The notes under the pieces: generated by a model
The model's database searches: none
What the model was told of the DNA's origin: nothing
Seen by the model: the letters and a program-made list of their open reading frames with translations, nothing else
Program-made: the position numbers and the translations under genes
Shown: one piece after another, positions 61,676-64,000 of the stretch
Layout of the letters: each line of letters opens with the position of its first letter
How positions within the stretch are numbered: position 1 is the stretch's first letter
Origin: a virus
Taxonomy: Duplodnaviria > Caudoviricetes
Length of the DNA stretch: 64,000 bases
Direction: 5' to 3' (one strand)
IMG/VR virus record: IMGVR_UViG_3300032038_000021
Span: 32,001 to 96,000 of that record

Positions 61676-62290
61676 TTAATCGGAATCCTCTGTAATAGTC
61701 AGAGGTCTACGGTTAGTTCTCTTAGAAACTTCATTATCTATAAGGCTTACAATAGCATCTATAAATTCGTCTGTCGTAGCCATTTGGTCTGAACCAATTA
61801 GGCACTTAATCTTATCTGCTATATCCTTATCTCTTCCAACAGGATCATCGTTAAGAGATCCGTCAGCATTAATTCCAACAGTCCTCCATGTTCTTCCGTC
61901 ATTAGAGGATACTTGGAGAAAATTATCCTTAATTCTCATATCTGTTACCCTCATAGCGTTATTAGGTGTATTAATAGGATGCACTCCTCGTCTCTGGCGG
62001 AGAACATTAAGATCAAGTATATTATTAATTGGAACTTTAGCAGAACTCATATTTTCCGGATCATCGCTAGAAACTACTATATACCAGTCTTTTCTAGACA
62101 GCTGTCCATTATACGGATTAGCATGAATAGTATTTACCATACCGGTTACGACTCGTCTACTACCATTACGGTTATAAGCCATGGAGATATAATCTCCTTC
62201 ACAGACAACAACCGTTCTGGTAGAATCATCGTCATAAACAATCGTAAGTACTAAATTCTGCTCAACTTCTGAACCAATCTTTAGTACCAT
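61676..62290 (-). CDS. Hypothetical protein
   Basis: 204-aa ORF with AAAGGAG RBS. Confidence 0.7.
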   Translation of the reverse strand: MVLKIGSEVEQNLVLTIVYDDDSTRTVVVCEGDYISMAYNRNGSRRVVTGMVNTIHANPYNGQLSRKDWYIVVSSDDPENMSSAKVPINNILDLNVLRQRRGVHPINTPNNAMRVTDMRIKDNFLQVSSNDGRTWRTVGINADGSLNDDPVGRDKDIADKIKCLIGSDQMATTDEFIDAIVSLIDNEVSKRTNRRPLTITEDSD

Positions 62291-62388
62291 ATTGGAGACT
62301 CCTTTCTTTAGATTTTAACGCATTATTATAAAGTTAACTCAATTAGAAGTTCAAAGACTAAGGAAAATGAATTCCTTAGTCTTTGAAA

Positions 62389-64000
62389 TTAGATATTAAT
62401 ACGTTTACTTAATGTAATATTTTCATTATTCTTATAGACCTTTACAGGACCATAAGAACTATCATCTATTTCGTCCCCGTGCTTTCTTTCAACCCTATTA
62501 TTTTCTACTATTTTAATCTGTTCTTCTATAGATAACTCAGGACTAGATCCTAGAGCTATTGGTTCTGTGGATAATTTAGATCCTTTTAATTTTCCTTCTT
62601 TATATTCTTGTATTGAGTTAGAACCTAAACCCGTACCAGAACCATTATTAGTAGAAGTAACAGGAATCATTGTGCTAGGGTCTATTGGATTATATGGATT
62701 TGCTGCTACAGACTGTTCTTGTGGAGTTATTGATTGACTAGCATACGATACTGTATTGTAGTTACTAGATATATTAACTCCAGACATAGCGTTAGTAAAA
62801 TTAGATTCACTTGTTTTACCATTACCATGTTCTACTTCACCGAATTCATTCGTATAACCTATATCTTTTATCTTACCCAATTTCTGAAATATGAATTCAG
62901 TTCTTGCTGAAAATTCTGTAGCGTTATTATATATGACTTCTTTCTTTGTTTGTAATACGTAGAATCCGTCATATTTCTTATACTCACCATAATTCTTAAT
63001 TCTATACCTCTTATTGGGACTGAATATAGATGCGTCTATATTTGCTTTACTAATAGAGAAAGTTACACTATTCGATTCGCTATTATTCTTAACCAGCGTA
63101 GCATTAACTCCTCTATTAAATACGTACTTAGGATCATTATAAGTATAATTATTAATATCAATATTAGCAGCATCTAAAGTACCTCTATCAGTTACTGTGA
63201 TAACGGTATTTGCTACTTTATCTTGACCCCTATTAGGAGTAATAGCGACATCTGAAGGATTTACATAAATAATATAAGAATTATTCTTTATTGTAATTCC
63301 TTCTTTATAAGCGTTAGTATTTACATAATCATATACCTCAAAGATTACATCATGATATGTGTTATCTTTTACTTTTACTCCATTTTTAGTCCTATCCAAT
63401 AGATAAGATCTACCAAAGTCTATAAAGAACGTAAAGTCTGTATCATAAAAAGGAGCTTTATCAAATAAGAATTTTAATATCTGTTTCCTACTATTCATAG
63501 GAGGTATAATTAATTTATTCTTCTTAAACTCCGTATTATGAACCGGTCCTTTTATGACGGTCTTTAATTTATATTTCTCAATACCTTCATATACTTTAGC
63601 GATAAGAGTATTCATATCTATATTAGAGAATATTCCAGATACAACAATACTATTATTAACATCCCTTTCTGCTCTAATAGCGTTTAATAATGAAGATGAT
63701 AATAATGCTACGTTAATAACTCTCTGAGAAGCATCACCAACTAAATCTGCTTTCTCTAATTCCTTCTCATAATTAGGATTCTCTCTAGATATAATGAAAT
63801 CAAATTCATCTTTAATAGAAGTTTCAAATAATGCTGCTTGAGATAGCTTATTAATTCTTTCTATTTTCAATACAAATTTAGATTTCGTTTTCTCTCCTTC
63901 TAAACGCATATTCTGAGAGTCGTATATTTCTTGATATAATTCTGCACTTACCACCATAGATATGTATATTATAGGCATCATCTTCCTGAAATACATACTC
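62389..64000 (-). CDS. Putative tail/baseplate hub-like protein (probably 5'-truncated by the window edge)
   Basis: Over 535-aa ORF reaching the window end; function inferred from context. Confidence 0.45.
   Translation of the reverse strand, partial: SMYFRKMMPIIYISMVVSAELYQEIYDSQNMRLEGEKTKSKFVLKIERINKLSQAALFETSIKDEFDFIISRENPNYEKELEKADLVGDASQRVINVALLSSSLLNAIRAERDVNNSIVVSGIFSNIDMNTLIAKVYEGIEKYKLKTVIKGPVHNTEFKKNKLIIPPMNSRKQILKFLFDKAPFYDTDFTFFIDFGRSYLLDRTKNGVKVKDNTYHDVIFEVYDYVNTNAYKEGITIKNNSYIIYVNPSDVAITPNRGQDKVANTVITVTDRGTLDAANIDINNYTYNDPKYVFNRGVNATLVKNNSESNSVTFSISKANIDASIFSPNKRYRIKNYGEYKKYDGFYVLQTKKEVIYNNATEFSARTEFIFQKLGKIKDIGYTNEFGEVEHGNGKTSESNFTNAMSGVNISSNYNTVSYASQSITPQEQSVAANPYNPIDPSTMIPVTSTNNGSGTGLGSNSIQEYKEGKLKGSKLSTEPIALGSSPELSIEEQIKIVENNRVERKHGDEIDDSSYGPVKVYKNNENITLSKRINI

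Overview
AT-rich segment of a jumbo-phage genome, probably AR9/PBS1-like judging from the AACA-N6-TA promoter motif and head-gene layout, and probably infecting an anaerobe (class III RNR). 1-17.8 kb: head module (prohead protease, probable major capsid protein, acidic head-associated proteins), tRNA-Leu(TAA) and several paralog families. 34-64 kb: minus-strand tail-fibre/adhesin cluster with giant Thr-rich repeat fibres, a beta-helix protein, a LamG protein, a coiled-coil fibre and a GT2 glycosyltransferase. Main finding, 18.0-34.6 kb: one complete receptor-binding-protein (RBP) gene (33985-34626, Mtd-N-like N-terminus) switches into its tip domain at ...AAT GAT GAT... It is followed by 25 same-orientation, mostly start-less alternative C-terminal cassettes. 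Each opens at the same 6-bp core (TGATGA on the minus strand, read T-GAT-GAN = Asp-Asp/Glu; two single-base variants) in the same frame. Two cassette duplications are bounded exactly by these cores. This suggests an integron-like library for swapping RBP tips. No recombinase is visible in the window. All translations and alignments were done by hand.
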